IMG/VR virus record: IMGVR_UViG_3300043689_000058
Span: 1 to 51,538 of that record
DNA length: 51,538 nucleotides
From: a virus
Reading direction: 5' to 3' (one strand)
In this document: positions 16,907 through 26,175 of the stretch, piece after piece
Layout of the letters: each line of letters starts with the position of its first letter
How positions within the stretch are numbered: position 1 is the stretch's first letter
The notes under the pieces: generated by a model
Seen by the model: only the letters and a program-made list of their open reading frames with translations
Databases searched by the model: none
What the model was told of the DNA's origin: nothing
Program-made: the position numbers and the translations under genes

Positions 16907-19900
16907 TTAAGTTTTGGGAACTATTTGATACGAGATTGGATAGCTAGAGTCCTCGGGCAATCCGAGTCCCTCTCTGGTCGACCATGTCAAATCAATACCT
17001 GCTCCGGTCTTTTCACCAGGACCGGCGTCGCCTAGACTGGCATTCACCATCCTACCGGTCTTGGGATTAACGACCTTGACGACATATTTCGAATTGAAAT
17101 TCGTGGCAAAATTACTGGCATTAGGATTGCCATATTTTCGCAGTACCGACTGCGGCAGAGCCACCATCGGAGGACCCGATTTCCCTGAAATATCCGCGCC
17201 CCATCTGCCTCGATTCCAACCGGCTTCCGTGTAACCGCCTCGCGCAGGATTATCGACTTCACCAAACTCAGTACCCCGAACGGTAGTCATCCCGGCAGTG
17301 CTTGTGACTTGCCCGGTTTGCGGCGGTTGCCCAGTCTGGATCGGTTCATAGCTACCTGTCGCCGGGTTCAAGAAAAGCTTTGGTTGCTGCGTCTCTGGAG
17401 CATTGAGTGGCTCGGTTTGTCCTGACGTCGCCCTTGCCCGTGCAGCTGCAATCGCCCGGTCTACGCTGGACAAAGGTTGTGTCGCCCCTTGCGGCACCGC
17501 GGCAGGCTTGGATTCCCCGCTCGGCTGTCCAAACAATCGATTCATAGCCTGACCGACATTCGGGCCGCCGAGAGTATTTTGAGGAACGGGAACTGATCCG
17601 ATCTCCAGCGGCGGCGGCACATACTGGCCTGGTTCCTGCGACGACCCGGCCTGGTTGAGAGCGCTCAGCTTGTCGACCCCGATCGCTTCCACGGCCGGAG
17701 CGCTGATGACGAACTCGCCCGGAGTCAGCGCCGCGGCGACGGTGTCGGTCGAACCAAGGGTGAGAGGCGAAGTGACGGGACCACCTTCCTGGTAAGATTT
17801 GCTTACATCAGAAGGTAACGTTCTACTGACAGGCATTGCTGGAAATGGTTCATGTATGATCCCAATGGAATCATTTATGCCCTTACGCATCTGATCAAGA
17901 GTAGCGGACTGCTCAGGATCGAAAGGATTCTTTTCCCAGTTTGTTTTTAGTTCGTCCCTATATTTATAAAGGTCCTTTAGCGCGAAGCTTGCCTGCACGG
18001 CATTCATTCGTGTGTCGTAATCCGGACTTTGGTAATGAAGATTTATCCGGTTGAGCACCTGCAGTTGCCACTCTAGCCATCTCGATTCATTTATATTCCA
18101 TAAAGCATTAGCTTCCAGTCTTCCCGGTTCATCAGAGATTGCTCCCTTGAACTCTTTCCCTACTGGATACCCTCCCTTATGCGTTAGTTCCGGATTAACT
18201 ATACCTCCGCCCTGGTAACCGACCAGACCGCCGAGGCTCATCCCGGCGATTACGCCCTCGGTTCTGAGCTTCTTTACCAGAGCCGCGTCTCCTTCCGGCG
18301 TGCCAGGCTTAACCACTCTGCCCTTGTCGTCATAGAGCGGGTCCGCGCCGCTCAAAGCGTCAGCCCGGATCTGCTGGAAGAGCGGGGAGTTGACCACCTC
18401 GGGGCGGGCGAGAATCTCGGCATCGGTTCCCGGCTGAGTGCCGCGGATGCCGGGGCGTTGCCCGCTCCAGTGAGCACGCACCTGCTCCTCGTACTGCGGT
18501 CTGCTCATTTCGCCCCTGGCGAAAGCGTCGGCCAAAGGCTTGAGGGTCGGGTCTAATTGGATGGCCTGATTGGCTGCGGCGCGGCGTTCCTTGGCTTCCT
18601 GCGGGCTGATAGCCGGCCCCCCTCCTCGAGGCATCACTTTAAGGCTTCCATCAGGGTTACGTTGCATGTCGAAAACCGGATTGCCCTGCGCGTCGAACAT
18701 CCAGGGAATCGACCGGCGAAGAGTATCGCCTACTTGATCCACCGGAACATTCTTGAGCGTTATCATGGGCGGTTCGCGCTCGCCTTTGACGTATGGGAAA
18801 GCCGGGAACTGCAGCTCGGTCGTCGCGGCGGGCGGCATCTCGCGCTTAAACCATTGCGTCAGCATGTTCTGGTTAAGAGCTTGCACCCCGGCAATGTCGC
18901 CTGCGGCCAGGCCTGAGGGCAGCAGATTGCCGTTGCCGCCTTTCCTGATGTTGGCAATCTCGTTGTCGTCACCCAGGTAGGCGTTCAACTGATCCATCAT
19001 TGTCCCTATGCGCCGTCTATTGTCCTCGAACTGCATGCCGACAGTTCCCGACAACCCTTGCGGGATCTGGTTGTACTGGCTGCGTAAATCGTTTAAAACC
19101 CGTTTGATGTTGGCCCGGACCATGTCGTTGTAAAACCCGTTGGCGTCCTGGGTAAGTTTCTGCTCGGGAACGATGGTGCGATCGGTGAAGTTGTCTTCCT
19201 GATCTTTCGCGTACTGGTTCAGCATGCTGTGGCGCGTGATGCTGGCCGTCTGCAGATTGTTCGTTGCCTGCAACCGTGAAACCGTGTCCTGAACTATCTG
19301 CTCCGTAGCTGGGTCGTGCAGTTTCGGGTGCCGGTTCCACCACTTTGCTATCTGATCGTTGAAGTCCGGGGCAAGCGCATCGGGCAGTTCCGCCTGGGCA
19401 GTCTTCCACTCGGCCAGTGCCGCCATCGAGTTGTCATGCTGAACGCTTGACTGATCAAAATTCTGCTGCGCTTTCTGGTTCTCGATCGAGAGCTTCTTTT
19501 CGTCGAGCTGGTTCTGTTGCGCCTGGTGCCTGGTGAACTCGCGATCCTGCTGAGTCTTGAGATTGTTCTGCTCGATGAGGTTATCTTTGTTCGCCGAGTA
19601 AACCTCGGCTTCCAGCGCCAGCCGGTCAGCATTGGCCTTCGCCTCCTTGATCCGCGAATCAAGCGTCGCCTGGTTATATTGCGTGACAGAGTCTAATGAC
19701 TTGGCGCGGGCGATCGCCTCCTGGGTCGTCGCCTGATCCTGCTGCATTTTAAGGTTCTGGTTGTAGACCGAGTTGAGCAGGTTGGTGCCGCTCTGCGCGA
19801 TCGAGCTCATGATGGGCAGCGGGCTGGCCATGTTTTCGACGTTGTAACCAAGACGGGACAACGCGTCTAAATACTCCGGCCCGGTGACGATCTTCGGAGG

Positions 19901-19927
19901 GCCTAATGGATCTGAGAGGTCAGGCAT
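16907..19927 (-). CDS. internal virion protein with C-terminal RlpA-like DPBB (lytic transglycosylase-like) domain, 1,006 aa
   Basis: C-terminus YVVKVVNPKTGRMVNASLGDAGPGEKTGAGIDLTWSTREGLGL resembles the RlpA/DPBB_1 signature (V.V.N..NG..V.V..ND.GP......IDLS). The N-terminus is a Gln/Asn-rich coiled coil. The stop abuts the giant gene start. Confidence 0.75.
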   Translation of the reverse strand: MPDLSDPLGPPKIVTGPEYLDALSRLGYNVENMASPLPIMSSIAQSGTNLLNSVYNQNLKMQQDQATTQEAIARAKSLDSVTQYNQATLDSRIKEAKANADRLALEAEVYSANKDNLIEQNNLKTQQDREFTRHQAQQNQLDEKKLSIENQKAQQNFDQSSVQHDNSMAALAEWKTAQAELPDALAPDFNDQIAKWWNRHPKLHDPATEQIVQDTVSRLQATNNLQTASITRHSMLNQYAKDQEDNFTDRTIVPEQKLTQDANGFYNDMVRANIKRVLNDLRSQYNQIPQGLSGTVGMQFEDNRRRIGTMMDQLNAYLGDDNEIANIRKGGNGNLLPSGLAAGDIAGVQALNQNMLTQWFKREMPPAATTELQFPAFPYVKGEREPPMITLKNVPVDQVGDTLRRSIPWMFDAQGNPVFDMQRNPDGSLKVMPRGGGPAISPQEAKERRAAANQAIQLDPTLKPLADAFARGEMSRPQYEEQVRAHWSGQRPGIRGTQPGTDAEILARPEVVNSPLFQQIRADALSGADPLYDDKGRVVKPGTPEGDAALVKKLRTEGVIAGMSLGGLVGYQGGGIVNPELTHKGGYPVGKEFKGAISDEPGRLEANALWNINESRWLEWQLQVLNRINLHYQSPDYDTRMNAVQASFALKDLYKYRDELKTNWEKNPFDPEQSATLDQMRKGINDSIGIIHEPFPAMPVSRTLPSDVSKSYQEGGPVTSPLTLGSTDTVAAALTPGEFVISAPAVEAIGVDKLSALNQAGSSQEPGQYVPPPLEIGSVPVPQNTLGGPNVGQAMNRLFGQPSGESKPAAVPQGATQPLSSVDRAIAAARARATSGQTEPLNAPETQQPKLFLNPATGSYEPIQTGQPPQTGQVTSTAGMTTVRGTEFGEVDNPARGGYTEAGWNRGRWGADISGKSGPPMVALPQSVLRKYGNPNASNFATNFNSKYVVKVVNPKTGRMVNASLGDAGPGEKTGAGIDLTWSTREGLGLPEDSSYPISYQIVPKT

Positions 19928-19934
19928 AAATCAT

Positions 19935-20864
19935 TTATCCGAATAGAGTTGTGTCATCCGGCAGGCTTGATAAATCACTCAGGCTGAATCCTCCGGTGTT
20001 GCCGCCTCCTCCGCCTCCGAATAGACCGCTCAGCATTCCGAATCCGGTTTGGCCGGTCTGCGGGTTTTTGGTTCCCAACTGCTGGAACAAACTTGAGAGC
20101 TCTCCTCCGATCCCGGTCAGCACCGATTGCTGCGGCGCCCCTACCTGAGCCGCGGCGGCATCCGCTTTTGCGGTGAACGCGGCGAGATTGGCCTGGTAAT
20201 TTGCCGACTTGGTCCATTCAGCGCCCTGGATCAGGTCGCTCAAGGGTAGCAGCGAGAGCGGGTTGATCGGTTGCGGCATAAGGTAGTTGCGTGCCAGTTG
20301 CAGAAGATTGCTGGTCTGGCCGAACCCTGCCTGTTCCATCCCGACTCCGCGACCGATCAGGTCCAGGCTCGTTAAGCCGATATCACGCGCCGTTAACGCC
20401 CCGGTGGTTCCTGTACCCGCCCCCGCTGTTCCTCCCATCATCGACCGATAAGCTGCGCTGCGCTGAATCTGGTTGACCACGTCGCCGGGAACCTGACCGC
20501 CCAGGAACGCCTGCGTGGTCGGTCCTCCCAGCAGGCTGGTGGCGCCCGCCCCCATCTGAGTGACCATGTCCTGGTAACCCGGCAACGCCTGACCGAGCAG
20601 GGCCTGCAGTTGTTGCATGTTCGCCTGGTTAAGCGCCGGAGCCCGGCTGAACCCTCGCGTAATGGACTCTTCGGCAAAAGCCGGGACGTCGATGTTCCAG
20701 TACGGATTGTTCATCCCGGCAAACGGCACTACGAACTGGTTCGCCGCCTCGTTGATGCGCGAGGATTCCTCCGCCAGCGGCGCGTTAGCGCTGCCTTTGC
20801 TAAGCTGACCGGCCACGCTGACACCGGTTGAAACCAAACTGCCAATCAATGCGCCCCAGCCCAT
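19935..20864 (-). CDS. Gly-rich internal virion protein, 309 aa
   Basis: Hydrophobic N-terminus MGWGALIGSLVSTGVSVAG and a GGGGGNTGG tail; lies directly upstream of the two large ejection-type genes. Confidence 0.6.
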   Translation of the reverse strand: MGWGALIGSLVSTGVSVAGQLSKGSANAPLAEESSRINEAANQFVVPFAGMNNPYWNIDVPAFAEESITRGFSRAPALNQANMQQLQALLGQALPGYQDMVTQMGAGATSLLGGPTTQAFLGGQVPGDVVNQIQRSAAYRSMMGGTAGAGTGTTGALTARDIGLTSLDLIGRGVGMEQAGFGQTSNLLQLARNYLMPQPINPLSLLPLSDLIQGAEWTKSANYQANLAAFTAKADAAAAQVGAPQQSVLTGIGGELSSLFQQLGTKNPQTGQTGFGMLSGLFGGGGGGNTGGFSLSDLSSLPDDTTLFG

Positions 20865-20868
20865 AACA

Positions 20869-21453
20869 TTAGTCTTTCATGTGTTCGTATGCGATTTGCG
20901 TCCATGCGGTCAGACGGCCCAGAATAAAAAGATAAGGAGACATAGCGGCCGGGATTCGCACCGCGAGGGCGACCGCGGCCGTGTAAGCGCTCGGGTTGGG
21001 CATGATGATTTTGCCCGCGGCGTGCAATCGTTCGGTCACCGATCTGATCCGGTCGTGGATCTCGGCCCAGTGCACGCTCAATAAATCGTCTACTTCCAGC
21101 CAGAAAGGGTCGACGTGCTCTTTCTGAAACGTTCCGCCCCAGCCCGGAACTTTGCCGCCCACACCCAGGATGTAATCCACTTCGGAGGCGGGATTTTCGC
21201 GGGCCAGAAATTTTACGCTCTGCTGCAGCGGGCCGTGTTTTGCGCCCAAGGTCAGCAGCGCGGCGGCAATCGCCTTGGTCAGCTCCCCGCTCCCGCCCGC
21301 GGCGTTTGCCACCGTCACGCTGGAGGCGTTGTTACGAAAAGCGCTTTCGTAATGGGCTCTGCAGAGGGCGTCTAACAGCCTGGATTCCTCGGCGCTCAGT
21401 CCCTCTATTCGCCACCACGCTTCCCTTATTCGTACCGGGGCAATCTTGTTCAT
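20869..21453 (-). CDS. truncated citrate synthase / citryl-CoA lyase-like protein, 194 aa
   Basis: Ordered matches to citrate-synthase blocks: LCRAHYES..NASS, LGAKHGP, KVPGWGGTF..HVDP, PNPSAYTAAV, GRLTAWTQIAYEH. About half the normal length. ATGA-coupled to the upstream gene. Confidence 0.55.
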   Translation of the reverse strand: MNKIAPVRIREAWWRIEGLSAEESRLLDALCRAHYESAFRNNASSVTVANAAGGSGELTKAIAAALLTLGAKHGPLQQSVKFLARENPASEVDYILGVGGKVPGWGGTFQKEHVDPFWLEVDDLLSVHWAEIHDRIRSVTERLHAAGKIIMPNPSAYTAAVALAVRIPAAMSPYLFILGRLTAWTQIAYEHMKD

Positions 21454-22025
21454 TTGTTAATCGTCGAGAAAACTTCCGCCTGCGCCCACGGCAGGAACTT
21501 CGAATAATTCTTTTCCGGGGATGGGTTCTCCGCTGTGTAACAGATTCGTTGGACGTTATAGATTCCCCATCGCGCGTAATCAAAAGGCAGACCGGGCAGG
21601 CAGATTTCCCAGATCGCTTTGCAGGCCTCGAGATGTTCCAGGTGCTCGAACTTGAAAACGAAATCGATCAGCGCATAATTGGCGTCCCGCATCTCGATCA
21701 GGGTGCGGGCGCACTGTTCGTGAAACGCCATCCGGGCTCGCTTCATCGATTCCATTACCTCGGACATCGGGCGCTCGATCCAGATCACTTTGGTCATCGG
21801 GCGCTCGGCCAGGAGCGCCTGCAGCACAAAGATGTTGGCCGAATCGCTGTTTCCGTAATAATGGCAACCGAGAGCAAAATGGTTGGCATTAGACCAGAAC
21901 TCTTCCGCGCTTCCGGCATGTTCGGTGCCTTCGTGCATGCACAAGCTGATCCCTTCGACGGTGAGGAATTTCGAGAGCCACATCGTCCTGCTTCTGGGGA
22001 ACCCGCATAAGAGGAAAGTTTTCAT
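21450..22025 (-). CDS. sulfotransferase-like P-loop protein, about 191 aa
   Basis: MKTFLLCGFPRSRTMWLSKFL resembles the 5-prime-PSB loop (PRSGTT.L) and VIWIERPMSEVMES the 3-prime-PB RxxxxxxS element of PAPS sulfotransferases. I use ATG 22025 rather than the alternative-start codon at 22043. Confidence 0.45.
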   Translation of the reverse strand: MKTFLLCGFPRSRTMWLSKFLTVEGISLCMHEGTEHAGSAEEFWSNANHFALGCHYYGNSDSANIFVLQALLAERPMTKVIWIERPMSEVMESMKRARMAFHEQCARTLIEMRDANYALIDFVFKFEHLEHLEACKAIWEICLPGLPFDYARWGIYNVQRICYTAENPSPEKNYSKFLPWAQAEVFSTINK

Positions 22026-22120
22026 CCTGAAAGCTTTGTTCAAGGGGGGAACGGTTCAAAGAAGAACAACAAAAGAAAGTTAAACCAGTAGTTCGCCTCC
22101 TTTCTGTGTTTGGTGGTTAG

Positions 22121-23143
22121 CTAACGAAGATTCCATATATCGCCTCCGGTAAACCACTCCTGGACTTGCACGCTGGCGTTATAGTCGCCGTCCGTGTCCC
22201 TGGCGTCTGTGTCTAATACGGCAAAAGCCTGGTTCCACGCGGCACTCGCTTGATCATAGGCACCGGTTCGCTCGAACTTGAGCGCCTGCAGGGCCAGCTC
22301 GAGCGCTCCGATATTGGCTATCAGAAGATCGGAGTAAGGCAGCGTCGTCCACATGAACCGCCGTTTGGCCAGGACCGTCAGAATGGCGGGCAGCTCGGGA
22401 CCGGTCCAAGTGATGAGGTAACGCCGGTAATCGGGGTTCAATTCGTCGGGTTCCCACATCGCCAACTGGGTCTGGTTCCCGAGCGCGTCCACCCCGTACA
22501 AGCGCAACCTTCCCACGGTTTGCGGCTTGGTGATCGAGCCGATGAACTGCCACATCTGCGGCGTGTCGTGGTAAGGCTCGCCCTGGACCGGGATCTGCAG
22601 CGTCTGCCCGTTGATGTAGGTTCCGTTGACGTAGCTGAAGGGCAAATTCCCATTGGTGTCCTCACCCTTGATAACGATGTAGCCTTCACTGGTCGCCTGC
22701 GGGATATCGGCGTACAGGCGCAGGGTCAGCGGCGCGGTGCTGGAGGGATCGGCAAAGGTACTGAACCCGGTTCCCAGATCCATCAGCACGTTTTGGGCGC
22801 ACGGGATGAACCCGACCGGCCCTCCGGGAAGCATCTCGTACCATCGGCTCTTGACGCTTAAAATAGACGTGCAGCCAGGTCCGCATCCGCCCAGGCCGGC
22901 CGTGCACGCCGGGTAAGCGATCGATGCGGCCAGCACCGTTTTGACGTCGCGCGGCATGGTGATGGTATTCTGGACGACATCGAACTGGTAACGGGCAATG
23001 GTCTTGTCGGGGTTCAGCCTGGGCAGAAGACGTTCGATGGCCCGGTTGATCGCGGTGGTCACCCGCGGATCGGTCGGACACATGCCGTAATCGACAAACT
23101 CGTTCAGGAGTTGCTGCGCCTGCGATAGGATTAATCTGCTCAT
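22121..23143 (-). CDS. tail/adaptor structural protein, 340 aa (by position)
   Basis: Clean ORF, ATGA-coupled to the tail-collar fibre gene upstream; no motif. Confidence 0.55.
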   Translation of the reverse strand: MSRLILSQAQQLLNEFVDYGMCPTDPRVTTAINRAIERLLPRLNPDKTIARYQFDVVQNTITMPRDVKTVLAASIAYPACTAGLGGCGPGCTSILSVKSRWYEMLPGGPVGFIPCAQNVLMDLGTGFSTFADPSSTAPLTLRLYADIPQATSEGYIVIKGEDTNGNLPFSYVNGTYINGQTLQIPVQGEPYHDTPQMWQFIGSITKPQTVGRLRLYGVDALGNQTQLAMWEPDELNPDYRRYLITWTGPELPAILTVLAKRRFMWTTLPYSDLLIANIGALELALQALKFERTGAYDQASAAWNQAFAVLDTDARDTDGDYNASVQVQEWFTGGDIWNLR

Positions 23144-23883
23144 TGGTAACCTACAAACATGATGAAGCCGACAGCGTAATAAGGCACCATCGGCAAAGGC
23201 TGCTGATTGACCCCATCGACGGCAATACCGCTGGAATCGACCACGTTCCAGTAAGCGATCAGTGGCAGGGTTTGACCGGCAGGTGTATATGCTGTGGCGC
23301 CGCCTGTACCGCCAGCGTTGGCGTGAACTTCCGCCAACAGTTTTGGCAGATCAGTCCTAACGATCGTATGCCGCCCCTTGGTGCCGCCGGAGTTGCGCCA
23401 GGCCTGGCCGTCTACGTCGCTGTACCAGACATTAGCCGCCTGCCCGACCTGTTGTCCCGGAGCACCGCCGACGCAGAACATCGCTTCCAAGTTTGGCGTG
23501 CCGTTATTGCCGTTGCAGACCGCCCATCCGTCTAAATCTCCGCCGATGATGCCGCGCCCGCTGCCGTCAAAGATGCCGTCCCACGGGCCGATCCACATCC
23601 GGATCTCGCCGATACCCACGCCAGTGTACGTTTTCCTCCAGTTGCCGTTGTAGAACTGATAGACGCCCAGCGGCCGTCCGGCGGAATCGGTCTTGTACCA
23701 CACCTTGTTAGTCAGCGAGCTGGATGGAGGCGTGCTCCCGACGAAAACGCCACCGCCGGATTGGTCGGGGATGGTCCCGCTCAAGCCCCCGCCTGTCGAG
23801 AGCATGTCCAGTAAACCGTTTATATCGCTCGGGTAACATGCCGGGGCGGGCTGATGGTTAGCGCTAAAGGTTACATTAGCCAT
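23140..23883 (-). CDS. tail fibre protein with phage tail-collar domain, 247 aa
   Basis: GIGEIRMWIG ... LDGWAVCNGNNGTPNLEAMFCVGG matches the tail-collar pattern (G.I..W.G...P.GW..C.G..GTP.L.G.F..G). Confidence 0.7.
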   Translation of the reverse strand: MANVTFSANHQPAPACYPSDINGLLDMLSTGGGLSGTIPDQSGGGVFVGSTPPSSSLTNKVWYKTDSAGRPLGVYQFYNGNWRKTYTGVGIGEIRMWIGPWDGIFDGSGRGIIGGDLDGWAVCNGNNGTPNLEAMFCVGGAPGQQVGQAANVWYSDVDGQAWRNSGGTKGRHTIVRTDLPKLLAEVHANAGGTGGATAYTPAGQTLPLIAYWNVVDSSGIAVDGVNQQPLPMVPYYAVGFIMFVGYQ

Positions 23884-24115
23884 TCCTGTCTCTCCTCCCG
23901 TTCAAAAGCGCTACCAGCTTCTGGTTGAGTTCCTCGATGTGCTTGTCCTTTTCTCGAAGCATCTCCATAAGTTCCTTGTTGTGGTCGCTTAAGGTTTTGA
24001 TCGTGCGCCGGATCGCAATCCAGTAAGCCCACACCGCGGCCAGCACCAAGCCCGCACCCCAGAACTGAACCGGCTTGTGCGCAACTTCTTCGATTAACTT
24101 TTGTGCTTCGTCCAT
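23876..24115 (-). CDS. single-pass membrane protein with C-terminal coiled coil, 79 aa (holin/spanin-like or tail-associated)
   Basis: TM segment FWGAGLVLAAVWAYWIAI followed by RRTIK and a heptad-like LSDHNKELMEMLREKDKHIEELNQKLVALL; wedged between tail genes with overlaps on both sides. Confidence 0.5.
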   Translation of the reverse strand: MDEAQKLIEEVAHKPVQFWGAGLVLAAVWAYWIAIRRTIKTLSDHNKELMEMLREKDKHIEELNQKLVALLNGRRDRNG

Positions 24116-25930
24116 TCACGGGCATCCTCCTTGCGGCGACTCGACCATTTCCTCGCAGTGGATCATGAACATCAAGAGAGTAGCGGGACCGTTCCAAGTG
24201 ATTCGGAACTGGAAAAAAAAACCGTTGCGAAGAAGCTTGTTCGTGTTGGGGTCGCAAGTGGCATCCGGAAAGGTCAGCCGTTTCTGGAACCAGTACCCCT
24301 GCGGGACGCAGCCCGGAACCTGACAGACTTGCGTGTTCAGGGTGCACGGGTTCTGCTGACCGATCAATGTCATGGTCGTCCACGGAATCCAGACCGGGTA
24401 TCCGTCAGAGCGGTACTCCACGGTGACGTTGATCGTTGACTGCGTAGAGGTGAAATAGACCTCGCCCATCCGCAGCATTTTCAGGGCATCGGGAAGCTTG
24501 CAATCGAACGCCCGCGTCTCGATCTGGGACCTGACCGGGATCGTGGTGTTATCGAACGGCTGGCCGTCTACCAGCTCCCACAGCTCAGTCTGCCCGGTAC
24601 TGGTATTCTGGCAGAAAACGAAACAGCGCTCGAAATGATTGAAAATACCGGAGAGCACCTGCAGAATACGGTATCCGCTGGTCATCGGCCAAAACCCGTC
24701 AAAAGCCGGAGACCCGCGTTGGCTGAAGAACGGGCTGAACTCGTAGCCGAGATTAGACCGGTTGATCACCGAACTGATAATGTCCAGGTCCATTACCGTC
24801 ATTCCGGCGAAGGTCGCCGCCCCGGTTACTCCGCCGCCGCCTGGCGGAGTGTACGGCAACGGTTCGGAAGTCATAAAGATGCGGTTCTTGAACAGGGCCG
24901 CGCTCGCGTAATCCAACAATGGAAGGCTCTCATCGGTCAGGATACGGTTCATCTCGTGTGAGATGGGCGCCGCACCCCAGCCGTACTGCTCCATGCGTGC
25001 GGTGCGAAAAGTGCGCCACCCGTCCTTCGATCTGAAAAAGACATCCTGATTGACGTTCAGAAGGTTTCGCCATCCGGTGCCGCCGATATTGGTTAACGCC
25101 ACTTTCTGCATGCCTGGCGTTCCCTGCCACCCTAGCTGGGTCTGGGTCGCCGCCCTCGGCACGCTGGCCTGGATCGAGTAGGCCGCTTTGCGGGCGAACA
25201 TCAATAGTTCGCCCTGCCCGGTCGCGGTATCGCCCTGCTCGGAAAAGATCAGACCGATCACGTTCCCGGCATTCAGTGGCACCCCGAAGAACGCCGCTTC
25301 GCCGATATACGTTTGCTCGGTAAAACTGACTACGCTGGTGGGTCCGCCCAACAGATCCCCGGCAACCACCTGCCTGCCTTGCGCCAGCCAGGTCCGGCCC
25401 ATCCCGTAGGTCATCGCGGTCCCGGCCGGGATCTCGGTGCTCCCGGCGCGGCGCGGGTTCTGAACCCCCTGAAAGATCAGCGGAGTGGCATGCCCGTCCT
25501 GGACGATAAAATAAATGTCCGATTGGCAGAACCACATCTGCGGCGCATTCGGGTTAAACTTGTTGTCCGTAGACTGCGGATAAAGATTCGCAACCGGCAT
25601 AGCCCCAGCCGCCGAAGGGTCTATCATCAGGACGTTGCCGCTTGCCCCGACCATTAGATAGTCGGTTCCATCGTCTATATCGTAGATAGAGGCTCCCTGA
25701 AAATTGCCGTTCTGGAGGGCGGAAAGTCCGGGGGTAAACGGGGTCGCGGCATCGGTCAGCGCGACCCTGACAAACTTCTGGCGATTAGTCGGGAAGCCGC
25801 CGCGGAACGTCACGTTCTCGGCGTAAGCGCACTCCTGAGGCTGAAGCAGCACCGGGTTTCGGCCGCTGTTCATCCCGGCTTCCAGCGTCCGGTGACCGTC
25901 CTTCCTGAGTTGTGTCTTGTCTTTGTACAT
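24116..25930 (-). CDS. large tail protein, 604 aa (nozzle / tail-tubular-B-like, by position)
   Basis: Largest non-fibre gene of the tail block; beta-rich sequence; contains a T9 run (24213-24221 on +). Confidence 0.55.
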   Translation of the reverse strand: MYKDKTQLRKDGHRTLEAGMNSGRNPVLLQPQECAYAENVTFRGGFPTNRQKFVRVALTDAATPFTPGLSALQNGNFQGASIYDIDDGTDYLMVGASGNVLMIDPSAAGAMPVANLYPQSTDNKFNPNAPQMWFCQSDIYFIVQDGHATPLIFQGVQNPRRAGSTEIPAGTAMTYGMGRTWLAQGRQVVAGDLLGGPTSVVSFTEQTYIGEAAFFGVPLNAGNVIGLIFSEQGDTATGQGELLMFARKAAYSIQASVPRAATQTQLGWQGTPGMQKVALTNIGGTGWRNLLNVNQDVFFRSKDGWRTFRTARMEQYGWGAAPISHEMNRILTDESLPLLDYASAALFKNRIFMTSEPLPYTPPGGGGVTGAATFAGMTVMDLDIISSVINRSNLGYEFSPFFSQRGSPAFDGFWPMTSGYRILQVLSGIFNHFERCFVFCQNTSTGQTELWELVDGQPFDNTTIPVRSQIETRAFDCKLPDALKMLRMGEVYFTSTQSTINVTVEYRSDGYPVWIPWTTMTLIGQQNPCTLNTQVCQVPGCVPQGYWFQKRLTFPDATCDPNTNKLLRNGFFFQFRITWNGPATLLMFMIHCEEMVESPQGGCP

Positions 25931-25933
25931 CCA

Positions 25934-26149
25934 TCACTGCAGCCGGGTGTCGTTAGACCGTGCAAAATGGTCTATATAGCTATTAATATAGGCCCGGTTA
26001 GGCTTGAAGAAGATGTCGCTCTGATCGACCGGGAAATGTCCGAAATAAGTGTCGAACGCACGACCAAATTTGGGCTTGTTGTCGGTCGCCGAGTGCGGCT
26101 TGTGATCGAAATAGCTGCGGACTTTGGGCGGGTTAGCGTATTTGCTCAT
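25934..26149 (-). CDS. hypothetical protein, 71 aa
   Basis: ORF between the fibre gene and the large tail gene. Confidence 0.45.
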   Translation of the reverse strand: MSKYANPPKVRSYFDHKPHSATDNKPKFGRAFDTYFGHFPVDQSDIFFKPNRAYINSYIDHFARSNDTRLQ

Positions 26150-26175
26150 AGGTAGTGAATTGACTCATAAATCTT

